A stretch of DNA of 52,787 bases from an uncultured Gammaproteobacteria bacterium (GTDB taxonomy: Bacteria; Patescibacteriota; Microgenomatia; UBA10105): positions 23,091 through 75,877 of the forward strand of contig CAYPMW010000004.1 in assembly GCA_964412165.1 (NCBI GenBank). The letters are read 5' to 3'. Within the stretch, counting starts at the first letter, position 1, and every line of letters starts with the position of its first letter. A model generated the notes under the pieces. That model was not told the DNA's origin. It was given only the letters and a program-made list of their open reading frames with translations, and ran no database searches. The position numbers and the translations under genes were made by a program. Below, in pieces: positions 38,321-46,440 of this stretch.

Positions 38321-39592
38321 ATGTCGAGAGAACGAGAACAATCACAATCCAATTATAAACCTGATATGCTTGTGCATTCATCTGCTTTAGGTTCTTCTGC
38401 ATCAAACAACCGAACCCATGTACCAACATTTGCCAAAGGCGCGAACAATGAAAGTGGAATTATAGGCGATTTTCATTCCCAATTTCTGGCATATTTAGTA
38501 GACGAACCGCTTATAAAGCCCGCGGCTAGAAGTTTGGCGGAGAGCGCTCCCGCTACAATACATCATGACACATATTATCGACAGCTGCCTATAGCATGGA
38601 CGCATGAACCACTTGATTTAGCTGTGAGGTCATGGCTATGGGAACAAAGAATTCGGGTTGATGGGGTAGCGCAGAAAGACGAGCGCGATATGTCTGATCT
38701 TTTCGGGATCTATACAGGTGATACGAGCGGCATCCCGGAGATGTTATTTATGGGGGAAGATTCATTTTTGGGTAAAGCCATTGCGGTGGGGAAACGGGCG
38801 CAGCACAAACTGGAAAAATTAATGCAGAAAAAAGTGAAATTTTCGCCTTCCACGAGGATGCTTTTTGAGGCGCAGGCTATGGTAGGAGAGGCAGCTAAAG
38901 GAAGGCTTGTTACCGCTTTTACCCATTATGCCCTGAAGCTTGCCGCTAAGGCCCATGGGTATTATGACAGCGTGCCGCTTTTGGATTTGGTGCAGGAGGC
39001 GAACAAAGCCTTGCTTCGCGCCGCAGACAGATATGATTACCAGCGAAGTATTAGGTTCTGGACGTATGCGACAGCGTGGATAAAGCGGGATCTTGGGATT
39101 TACATAGCCCGGAATGCAGCATCAATTGGGGAACCGCTCGATACTCACACGCTCATCAATTGGCTTCTCCGGCTTGAAGACCAGCTGCAAAAGGATAGCA
39201 TACCTCCGTCAGACGTAGAGCTAAGCGAAATAATGGGTATTTCCATACAGCGAGTACAAAAGTACCGGGAAATTGCGCATCGAAGGCCAGTATCTCTTGA
39301 CCGCCTGGCAGGTGAATCGGGAAAAGATACCGAATGGGAAGTCACACCTATCGACTCAATGGATATTGAGGATCTGGTCATTGAGCGAGAAACGGCAAGG
39401 GAGGCAGTCGAAGCGGTGAATGGATTGCCATTCAAACACCGCCGAGTGATTTATATGTATACAGGATTTGACGGTGAAACTATAGAGCTTGAAGAAATTG
39501 GTGTTAGGTTTGGATTTAGTAGGCAGCGTGCCCATGAGTTAAAAACAAACGGACTGAAAAAAGTCAGAAATACGTTATTAAAAAATGTCTAA
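38321..39592 (+). CDS. divergent sigma-70 family (RpoD-like) sigma factor
   Basis: DLVQEANKALLRAADRYDY...RFWTYATAWIK (region 2), PSDVELSEIMG...PVSLD (region 3), LEEIGVRFGFSRQRAHEL (region 4). Confidence 0.85.
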   Translation: MSREREQSQSNYKPDMLVHSSALGSSASNNRTHVPTFAKGANNESGIIGDFHSQFLAYLVDEPLIKPAARSLAESAPATIHHDTYYRQLPIAWTHEPLDLAVRSWLWEQRIRVDGVAQKDERDMSDLFGIYTGDTSGIPEMLFMGEDSFLGKAIAVGKRAQHKLEKLMQKKVKFSPSTRMLFEAQAMVGEAAKGRLVTAFTHYALKLAAKAHGYYDSVPLLDLVQEANKALLRAADRYDYQRSIRFWTYATAWIKRDLGIYIARNAASIGEPLDTHTLINWLLRLEDQLQKDSIPPSDVELSEIMGISIQRVQKYREIAHRRPVSLDRLAGESGKDTEWEVTPIDSMDIEDLVIERETAREAVEAVNGLPFKHRRVIYMYTGFDGETIELEEIGVRFGFSRQRAHELKTNGLKKVRNTLLKNV

Positions 39593-39614
39593 ACAAATAC
39601 TTCACTCGCAATTC

Positions 39615-40886
39615 TTAAACCGCGGTAAATTCAACTATATCAGCACTATATTCATTACCCAGCGCCAACCCTATGACTGGAATTCTCACTCCCGGACGGA
39701 TTCTACCTGATTTTACCATTTCAGTAAGCGCGACATTGGCTGTACCGGCAACTATATTGTTCATATCGGTTTGGTCCATGACCCAGGGGAAGGTGGGAAA
39801 TAGATCATTTGGAATATTTAGTTCTTGGAGTGTACGATTTCTAATATCTTCACGTTGTGCAAGAATATTTTTAGCGAAACCTCGCGGTATACCATATTTT
39901 TCGAGGGTGTGTAGATGAGTTGCTTTTGTGAATGCTCGAACTACGGGCAAACTTGGCTGATGCATCCATGCTTCACCTAAGGATCCAAGTGCTGATTCGT
40001 AATTTTCTCTGTAGAGATGAAGTATATCATAAACTACTTTGCCGCCATTTGTGGCAAATCGGCCTAAGACTCGGGCTCCACGCGAGCGTAATTTTCCATC
40101 AGTTGATAGGGGTAGATTGAGATAAAAACCGCTCTCAGTTCGGGCATAGATAGTCTCGCCGTCTCCCCAGAATTCGTAATTCGGAGGAGGGGGAAGCGTA
40201 CCTCTCGGAAATTCATTCATTGGCACGGTCTGTATCTCGTCTTTTGCCGGGTCGACCACGGTTTTGCCAAAGTAGTGGATGAGATCCCTGCCTATGGTAA
40301 TGGCAATGTAAGTGGCTCCGTTTCCAAATAAATTCCGGACAATCACATCCTCCGGATTTGGACTTTGATCAATGATAGTTCCGGATACAGTATCAACGGT
40401 AATCAACACCACTTCGCAACCGTTATAGCTTGGATCGCGTGAAAGTGACATGATTGGTTCGATGGCTCCGTTACACGCAAGTCCGGCATACAACGCGGTA
40501 TCGATCGTGAAGTTTCGTCGCCGAAGTGCTTCCTGAGTTTCAACTGCGATAGTATCATACGAGGTGGAGGAAGCGACTATCAAAATATCAGCGCCACTCC
40601 TTTCTCGCCGACTAAGGGCGCGCTCGGCCAATAAAGTAGCATACTGGACTCTTTCATCTTGTGCATGTGGTGTAAAAGGATTATATTCAGAATTAAACGC
40701 ATAGCCACCTCTAAAACCAAGATCCGGAACGTCAGTAGGAATAAATGTACCGATTCCTGCGTATCCCATAACTGTGTTGCCAATTTGTGATTCATGTTCT
40801 GGTACTAGATAAAGTTCCGGATGTGTGGGGCGAATATGATGTGTATCGAGAGCGTCAATTCTTCTGGTTAGTTCGTGATTTGTCAT
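39615..40886 (-). CDS. thiolase-fold condensing enzyme (FabH/type III PKS-like)
   Basis: GLACNG (Cys), LFGNGAT, WMHQPS (His), MNN (Asn), IGLALG. Confidence 0.7.
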   Translation of the reverse strand: MTNHELTRRIDALDTHHIRPTHPELYLVPEHESQIGNTVMGYAGIGTFIPTDVPDLGFRGGYAFNSEYNPFTPHAQDERVQYATLLAERALSRRERSGADILIVASSTSYDTIAVETQEALRRRNFTIDTALYAGLACNGAIEPIMSLSRDPSYNGCEVVLITVDTVSGTIIDQSPNPEDVIVRNLFGNGATYIAITIGRDLIHYFGKTVVDPAKDEIQTVPMNEFPRGTLPPPPNYEFWGDGETIYARTESGFYLNLPLSTDGKLRSRGARVLGRFATNGGKVVYDILHLYRENYESALGSLGEAWMHQPSLPVVRAFTKATHLHTLEKYGIPRGFAKNILAQREDIRNRTLQELNIPNDLFPTFPWVMDQTDMNNIVAGTANVALTEMVKSGRIRPGVRIPVIGLALGNEYSADIVEFTAV

Positions 40887-40957
40887 ATGATAATCACGCG
40901 CGCGCGATTAATTTGAACTGAATAGACTACAATTAAAAAATTGTGCTGCGTTATTTA

Positions 40958-40991
40958 TATACCCTTCTTACTTGAGTTTGCAACTTTTTCG
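40958..40991 (-). promoter_or_regulatory. duplicated promoter, copy 1
   Basis: Minus strand TTGCAA-N16-TATATA; 31/34 identical to 52738-52771. Confidence 0.6.
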
Positions 40992-41024
40992 AATGAAAAA
41001 TGTTGCTAACTCAGTCTAGAAGGA

Positions 41025-41062
41025 GTTATACTCGGAACAAATTCAATTGTGAAGGGTATACT
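41025..41062. repeat. 38-bp nested palindrome, copy 2
   Basis: GTTATACTCGGAACAAATTCAATTGTGAAGGGTATACT. Confidence 0.85.
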
Positions 41063-41087
41063 GACCATGTATTATACAATAATTTTT

Positions 41088-41594
41088 TCAGGGGCGAAGA
41101 ATTTGTAGAGACGTGATAATCTCGGAGAATATATTTCCATATCCAAACAAAGCCACTTCATGCTTGATAGTGGGATGGGTGAATATCACCACATCAAGCG
41201 GAACATTATTTTCAGCCGAGGCGTCATGGTAAATGGTGGCTTTTTGACCGGCGATCGTAGCCTCATCTATTTTCTCAGGTGGCAACGGTGGCTTGGGAAA
41301 ATCAAAGCCGCAGATAAGACTGATCTCATCTTTGGTTTGTGAGTTCGTCAGTTGTGCCGAATCGCTTGACTGGCGCACCTTGTACGTTGATGGATACGTT
41401 AACTCAATACCGCACTGTGGATGGGTAAGCGTATAAAGATCCGCAGAGGCTTTGGCCAGCGGAGACGGCAATAGAGTTGGCAACGGGCTGGCGGTTAAAG
41501 TTTGCGCATTAAAATTCGTGCCAATCCGGATGCCGATCAAAAGGAATACCACGCTTGCAAGAATGACTGTGATGAAAGCAGTGTTGCGGTGCAT
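41088..41594 (-). CDS. exported/membrane-anchored hypothetical protein (PsbP-like)
   Basis: N-terminal TM; IELTYPSTY; ATIAGQKATIY. Confidence 0.75.
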   Translation of the reverse strand: MHRNTAFITVILASVVFLLIGIRIGTNFNAQTLTASPLPTLLPSPLAKASADLYTLTHPQCGIELTYPSTYKVRQSSDSAQLTNSQTKDEISLICGFDFPKPPLPPEKIDEATIAGQKATIYHDASAENNVPLDVVIFTHPTIKHEVALFGYGNIFSEIITSLQILRP

Positions 41595-41618
41595 AAGCTT
41601 TGCAAGAAGCTTAGTAGC

Positions 41619-41984
41619 TTAACTACTATTTAATTTTATCCTTAAACCACTAAGCATTAAGGCAATTTCCTTCATTTCTTTCATATACATCAGTTTTTTG
41701 TCGTCAGTAATTAACTTTAATGAATGTGCAAGTTCTATTATCGGTATACATTCAAAAACAGAACCGCGAGCAATAATCAGCAAATGACAGAAATCTTTTT
41801 TGGTTTCACTGCTACCTTCAGCGATATTAAGAACTATAGATACTATCGCTTGACGTAATTGATCTGTTATTCCAAAGAGGTGTTCTTTTGGCCAAGTTTG
41901 TGTTAACTGATATATTTGCTTTGAAAGTGCTAATGAACGCTGATATACAGTAAGCGACTCAAAGTTAAATTGAGCAATATTCAT
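41619..41984 (-). CDS. four helix bundle protein (23S rRNA IVS-protein family)
   Basis: FESLTVYQRS...WPKEHLFGITDQLRQA..SIVLNIAEG...ARGS..E. Confidence 0.92.
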   Translation of the reverse strand: MNIAQFNFESLTVYQRSLALSKQIYQLTQTWPKEHLFGITDQLRQAIVSIVLNIAEGSSETKKDFCHLLIIARGSVFECIPIIELAHSLKLITDDKKLMYMKEMKEIALMLSGLRIKLNSS

Positions 41985-42065
41985 GCTCTTTGAAACTTCA
42001 ATGTGGCTTTAATACTAGTATACAAAATACTATGCTACTAAACTTCTAAGCCGCTAGGCTACTAC

Positions 42066-42118
42066 CTAGTCGAGTTTGTTAGTTTCCTTATGTAATGTAA
42101 CCTTCCGGCAGTGCTTGC
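42066..42118 (-). pseudogene. displaced second 3' end of rpmG
   Basis: Encodes KHCRKVTLHKETNKLD*; 13-bp identity CGGCAGTGCTTGC with 42259-42271. Confidence 0.85.
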
Positions 42119-42184
42119 CCGCCTGATCTTACTTCTCTCCTTAGCTACTATCCGTAGCACGGCGCAAAGATCGATCTTAGGCGG
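42119..42184. repeat. REP-like nested hairpin
   Basis: CCGCCT...AGGCGG with inner GATCTT/AAGATC and a CTCCTTAGCTA...CACGGCG unit resembling 46455-46478. Confidence 0.6.
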
Positions 42185-42218
42185 ACTGCGCACTACGGTT
42201 AGTTAAGTCCTTATTAAA

Positions 42219-42392
42219 TCAATCCAGTTTGTCCGTCTCTTTATGCTTAGTCACTTTTCGGCAGTGCTTGCACCATTTGTTGAACTCGAGTTTGTCTTTG
42301 GTATTGAGTTTATTTTTAGTTGTTAAATAATTATTGGTTTTACACACGTCACATTGTAGTGCCAGTGTCACCCGTTGTCCCTTTTTAGCCAT
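42219..42392 (-). CDS. rpmG: 50S ribosomal protein L33 (Zn-ribbon, C+ type)
   Basis: Hand translation MAKKGQRVTLALQCDVCKTNNYLTTKNKLNTKDKLEFNKWCKHCRKVTKHKETDKLD (57 aa); AAGGA SD; absent from the ORF track. Confidence 0.97.
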   Translation of the reverse strand: MAKKGQRVTLALQCDVCKTNNYLTTKNKLNTKDKLEFNKWCKHCRKVTKHKETDKLD

Positions 42393-42416
42393 AGGCATCC
42401 TTTCTTTAAACGCTTA

Positions 42417-42445
42417 ATTATACCGTAAGCATGATGGTGTGACAA
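42417..42445 (-). promoter_or_regulatory. rpmG promoter
   Basis: TTGTCA-N17-TATAAT on the minus strand. Confidence 0.8.
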
Positions 42446-42545
42446 CATTGTGGTTACCAGGCGATTGAGTTGGTAACCGATATTTACTTCGATTCTCTGG
42501 CGGAGGTAGACTAATAAGACCTGCTTTCGCCTCCACCCTAAGTCT

Positions 42546-43295
42546 TTACAAATGAATTGTGGGGTTATTGCGGGATTCAATTAAAGCCAGACTAATCAGC
42601 CGTTCTATAGTAGGTATGTATTCAGCCTCGGTTAGCCTATCATGTGTTATACCTTCGTGGTGTTCTCTGATGCGTAAAGCATCATAAAATCCGGACTTAA
42701 AATTTTGTGCCGATTCACTATTTGCGATTTGAAGATAGGTACTTCTAAACTGGTCAATGACTCTCGGATTATGCAGCAATTCATCAGAGTCATAAAGCAC
42801 TGTACTCATCGCTTCACCCATCGCTGCGCCAATAATGTAATGTAAATTTACGGTTGCTCCGCCAACTATGCGAGTTGCTCCCAGACGGGCCAGTCTCTCT
42901 TTGGTAAGTTGTGAAGCTACGTAGTAAGTTAACACAACCGCCACTTCGTAAGGAGCAATTCTTGGGTTGAGAGTATAACAAAAGTCAATTAGCAGACGAC
43001 CCATGATTTCCAACGGTGAATGCGGGAAATTTTTTATAGCGTGTTGTAGGAAAAGGTCTGTCAAACCAACTGTGAATAATTCTCTCAGAAACGAGGGAAA
43101 CGTATCTTCTGGGTGATGATCTTCGTAAATCTCGATTAAACTTTTGGCATCTAATGCTAATCCTCCTGGTCTGTCGGGGTTTCCGTGAAGTGCAGTAAGT
43201 TGGGATAACGCTTCAGGAAGTGGAGAACGAATTTCCCTATAGGCAAGTCCTGAAACAAGACCAGCTTGCATATGGAGCTCATTTTCAATATACAT
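42546..43295 (-). CDS. hypothetical helical protein (paralog of 43345-44013)
   Basis: 249 aa; HYIIGAAMGEAM...YLQIANSESAQNFKSGFYDALRI. Confidence 0.75.
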   Translation of the reverse strand: MYIENELHMQAGLVSGLAYREIRSPLPEALSQLTALHGNPDRPGGLALDAKSLIEIYEDHHPEDTFPSFLRELFTVGLTDLFLQHAIKNFPHSPLEIMGRLLIDFCYTLNPRIAPYEVAVVLTYYVASQLTKERLARLGATRIVGGATVNLHYIIGAAMGEAMSTVLYDSDELLHNPRVIDQFRSTYLQIANSESAQNFKSGFYDALRIREHHEGITHDRLTEAEYIPTIERLISLALIESRNNPTIHL

Positions 43296-43344
43296 TTTTT
43301 ATCGGAACAGTAGACCTTTTTTCTATTAAATAAAAAAACGTGCT

Positions 43345-44013
43345 TCACTGAACGTTAATTACTGAATCGGCATACTGAGACAAAGGTAACTCAGAAGGCC
43401 AAATTTCATTTCTAATATCATCCAAACGGTGTGCTTCCAAAATTCCCAAAAAGAATGAGTCTTGAGCATAGGACGTAGCGAGGAGTTGCAGATAATTATC
43501 AACAAATGCATGTAATTTATAAACCCACCAATGAGATATATCTCCTGCTTTCGCGTCAATCAGACACTGTCCGATACTTCGACCAATCATAAAATGTCGA
43601 TCAGACGAGATCCTTTCTTCATAAGTGTAAACAAATGGAGTAGATTGGGATGCCGCAGAGGACATCACATACGCCAGAAACATGAGATCTAAACTTAACG
43701 GTACATTTTTACCGAAAATGTCTTTGAAACTCCACATCCGACCAACAAATCTGGTCCAGTCGTGAGGATCGCGAGACATTAAATATTTCATACCTACCAC
43801 TGCCAGAAAACGCTCACCTGCAGTATGTATCGAAGCAGATGAGGGAATAGCATAGAGGCTTTCAATTTCTTCATCAGTCATGGGTTCACCTCTCGCACGT
43901 ATATAATCTGCATTAACCTGTAGAATTTGGAGAGCAACGGGATAAGAATGAGCGAGATCACGAAAACGACAACGTGATAGATCTATACATTGCGATAAAT
44001 TTTCGTGAGACAT
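43345..44013 (-). CDS. hypothetical helical protein (paralog of 42546-43295)
   Basis: 222 aa; HFMIGRSIGQCL...YLQLLATSYAQDSFFLGILEAHRL. Confidence 0.75.
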   Translation of the reverse strand: MSHENLSQCIDLSRCRFRDLAHSYPVALQILQVNADYIRARGEPMTDEEIESLYAIPSSASIHTAGERFLAVVGMKYLMSRDPHDWTRFVGRMWSFKDIFGKNVPLSLDLMFLAYVMSSAASQSTPFVYTYEERISSDRHFMIGRSIGQCLIDAKAGDISHWWVYKLHAFVDNYLQLLATSYAQDSFFLGILEAHRLDDIRNEIWPSELPLSQYADSVINVQ

Positions 44014-44092
44014 GATACGGACGGCAGTTTATGCATTATCCTATAATTATTATTAGGAGTCAAATTTTGGTCGATACGATATAATCGTATCA

Positions 44093-45394
44093 GTGAAATT
44101 TTATCGTAATGATTTCCTGTATCGTATCGCAATTGTAGTAATCTGTATAGTAGTATTTTTAATCTATGTGACTTTTTTAATTATCAAATTTCCCAACCTT
44201 ACTAAATTATCAATACCTACACAATTAAACCAACAACTCAAGACAAACACCCAGATACCCGCTACTACAAATTTGGTGTGGTCGTTAGTTATTACTGGTG
44301 ATGTCATACCCTCAAGAGTTACGAATTTGAAAATGGTTGAGAGAAATGATTTTTCCTGGCCGTTTGTGAATATCGCGGGAATACTCAAAGATGCTGACCT
44401 GACTCTTATCAACCTCGAATCCCCACTTCTGGCAAATTGCCCAGTAACAAACGAAGGTTTTACCTTTTGCACTGATGCGCGCTTTCGGGAGACGCTTAAA
44501 GATGCGGGAGTGGATGTAGCAAATCTTGCTAACAACCATACATTAAATTACGGATGGGAAGGGTTGGGTGAAACGGAGGAGCATTTGGATGCGGTTGGAA
44601 TTGAAACGACAGGATATACCGCTACCTCGTCATTTTGGGAATCCCGCCTTCCCAAGAATTCTCAAGATCGGCGGGTGACCCTAGAGTCAAATCCTGGATC
44701 AGACCAGGATGACGTTGATCCTGGGCAAACCAGGATGACAAAGGAAGGAGAATTTCAACCGAATAATACTAATGCATGTGAAAAAGATATCTACTGCAGC
44801 AAATTGGTGATAAAGCAGATTGACATATGCGAAATAAACCGCCTACGCAATCTAACACAAAATCGTGCTATAGCACAAAATTGTGATAATGACGGTATGA
44901 CAATAAAAGTTGGATTTCTGGGTTACAACGCGGTCGGGCAACGCATAGACCGGGTAACAGTACAAAAGCAGATTAAACAGGCGAATAAGCTGTCGGATAT
45001 CCTGATCGTGTCAGTTCATTGGGGTAAAGAATATGTCCGTGAACCGCAGGCAGACCTCTCACTTGCGCCCGATGATCCAAAAGAGTTGGGAAAACTATTG
45101 GTAGATTGGGGAGCGGATATCGTAGTGGGTAACCATCCACACTGGATCCAGGGAATGGAGTGGTATAAGGATAAACCTATATTTTATGCTTTGGGAAATA
45201 CAATCTTTGATCAGGAGTGGAGCGAAGAGACGAAACGGGGAGTATTGGTAAAATTATTTTTTAGAGGCAAAGAGTTGCTCAAAGAACAAACTAAATTCAT
45301 TTCAATTGGTATCCGCGATTACGGCCAAGCGTATGTATTGGAAGGCGAAGAAAAACAAATTATCGAAAACCTCATTTTGAATCAGACTCCCTAG
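44093..45394 (+). CDS. CapA/PGA_cap family metallophosphoesterase with in-frame insertions
   Basis: TGDV, NLESP, LANNHTLNYG, SVHWGKEY, GNHPHW, YALGN motifs. Confidence 0.92.
   Translation: MKFYRNDFLYRIAIVVICIVVFLIYVTFLIIKFPNLTKLSIPTQLNQQLKTNTQIPATTNLVWSLVITGDVIPSRVTNLKMVERNDFSWPFVNIAGILKDADLTLINLESPLLANCPVTNEGFTFCTDARFRETLKDAGVDVANLANNHTLNYGWEGLGETEEHLDAVGIETTGYTATSSFWESRLPKNSQDRRVTLESNPGSDQDDVDPGQTRMTKEGEFQPNNTNACEKDIYCSKLVIKQIDICEINRLRNLTQNRAIAQNCDNDGMTIKVGFLGYNAVGQRIDRVTVQKQIKQANKLSDILIVSVHWGKEYVREPQADLSLAPDDPKELGKLLVDWGADIVVGNHPHWIQGMEWYKDKPIFYALGNTIFDQEWSEETKRGVLVKLFFRGKELLKEQTKFISIGIRDYGQAYVLEGEEKQIIENLILNQTP
44629..44739. repeat. 111-bp in-frame palindromic (RPE/REP-like) insertion in CapA
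   Basis: GTCATT...GATGAC ends; CCCGCC/GGCGGG stem; two ATCCTGG..CCAGGATGAC hairpins; 37 codons. Confidence 0.7.
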
Positions 45395-45404
45395 GTGCCA
45401 AGCT

Positions 45405-45425
45405 ATTCCACCCCCTAGGTGGAAT
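45405..45425. repeat. REP-like hairpin after CapA
   Basis: ATTCCACC-CCCTA-GGTGGAAT; CCCTAGGTG also at the CapA stop. Confidence 0.5.
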
Positions 45426-45541
45426 TCTCATATTCTTGATTAGTAGTATTATAACAATCTTAATTAAATAATTCAAAATATTCCACTACCTACATTTTTA
45501 GGGATTGTAATATATACCATAATATAATATATTATAAGACT

Positions 45542-46387
45542 ATGAAAGTGGAATTTGGATCGCTTTGGAGATCACGCGACCAGTTACATGTCGTCAATAC
45601 TGCGAACTACATACGTTACGAAGAATGTATTACTCGTAAGAACAGAGAATTATGGCATACACACGTTGATCTTTTAAAACGAGCCGGAATTTTCAAAACC
45701 CACAACTTTCTTACCATTGCTCCCGTAGCCTCATTTACTGTAAGAGATAATCTGGCTCGTCACGACTTAATTGCAGAAGGAATAGAAATGCAGTTACTTT
45801 GGAAAGATTACCAGCCACCAAAAGGTAAAGTATCTCCCTTTGATCCACGGTTACGTTTAGGTAAATTTTTGGAAACGGAAGAGGTTGAAAAGACTAACAT
45901 TTGGAACTTGTACTGGGAATTTTTAATCGTGCATCGGACTCGGAGTATGAAAACTCGAGCGAAAATAGTTGGTCCGCACCACGTCGAGTGTGATCCGTTG
46001 GAGACTACGGTAACGACGCTAATTGCACTCCCGATGAGACATTTTCCCGTTGATGCGGCCTACGTCTTAGGCGAAATGGATCATACAGGAAATTTCCACG
46101 ATCTAAAAGCAAGTTTTATTTTTGGGAGTGTGCGGGTAAGACCTGACTTGACTCCGATTCCCTCAGGGTATTATTTATTTGTGATGATTCCTGATGCAAT
46201 GTCTCAACCTATTGGCGAAACGCATACTTCAACTGATCACAGAAAATTCCGTTTAGTTGGGTTGAGGAAATCAGATATAAACAGTGAGTCTCTACTATTT
46301 TACAGCGATTTCAAAGTGCCAGGATTTCCACCAACACGTGATAAATATTTTCAAATTCCTGTAAAATTTCGTGAACAGCAAAATTAA
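45542..46387 (+). CDS. hypothetical protein (orphan)
   Basis: 281-aa ORF. Confidence 0.75.
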   Translation: MKVEFGSLWRSRDQLHVVNTANYIRYEECITRKNRELWHTHVDLLKRAGIFKTHNFLTIAPVASFTVRDNLARHDLIAEGIEMQLLWKDYQPPKGKVSPFDPRLRLGKFLETEEVEKTNIWNLYWEFLIVHRTRSMKTRAKIVGPHHVECDPLETTVTTLIALPMRHFPVDAAYVLGEMDHTGNFHDLKASFIFGSVRVRPDLTPIPSGYYLFVMIPDAMSQPIGETHTSTDHRKFRLVGLRKSDINSESLLFYSDFKVPGFPPTRDKYFQIPVKFREQQN

Positions 46388-46440
46388 TCTTTTCATAAGC
46401 ATGTAAGCATTCACTCGTTGTAAGTAATCACTTTTCCACA

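Noticed and set aside
33111-41062. 38-bp palindrome as a CRISPR repeat
   Set aside because: Only two copies 7.9 kb apart, no repeat-spacer periodicity and no cas-like ORF in the window.
41619-42271. Diversity-generating retroelement (Avd-like gene plus duplicated rpmG tail as TR/VR)
   Set aside because: No reverse transcriptase, and the mismatches are mostly synonymous and not adenine-specific (G/T, G/C, T/C occur).
42368-42580. 70-aa ORF upstream of rpmG
   Set aside because: It overlaps the rpmG promoter, SD and start in another frame and has no protein-like features.
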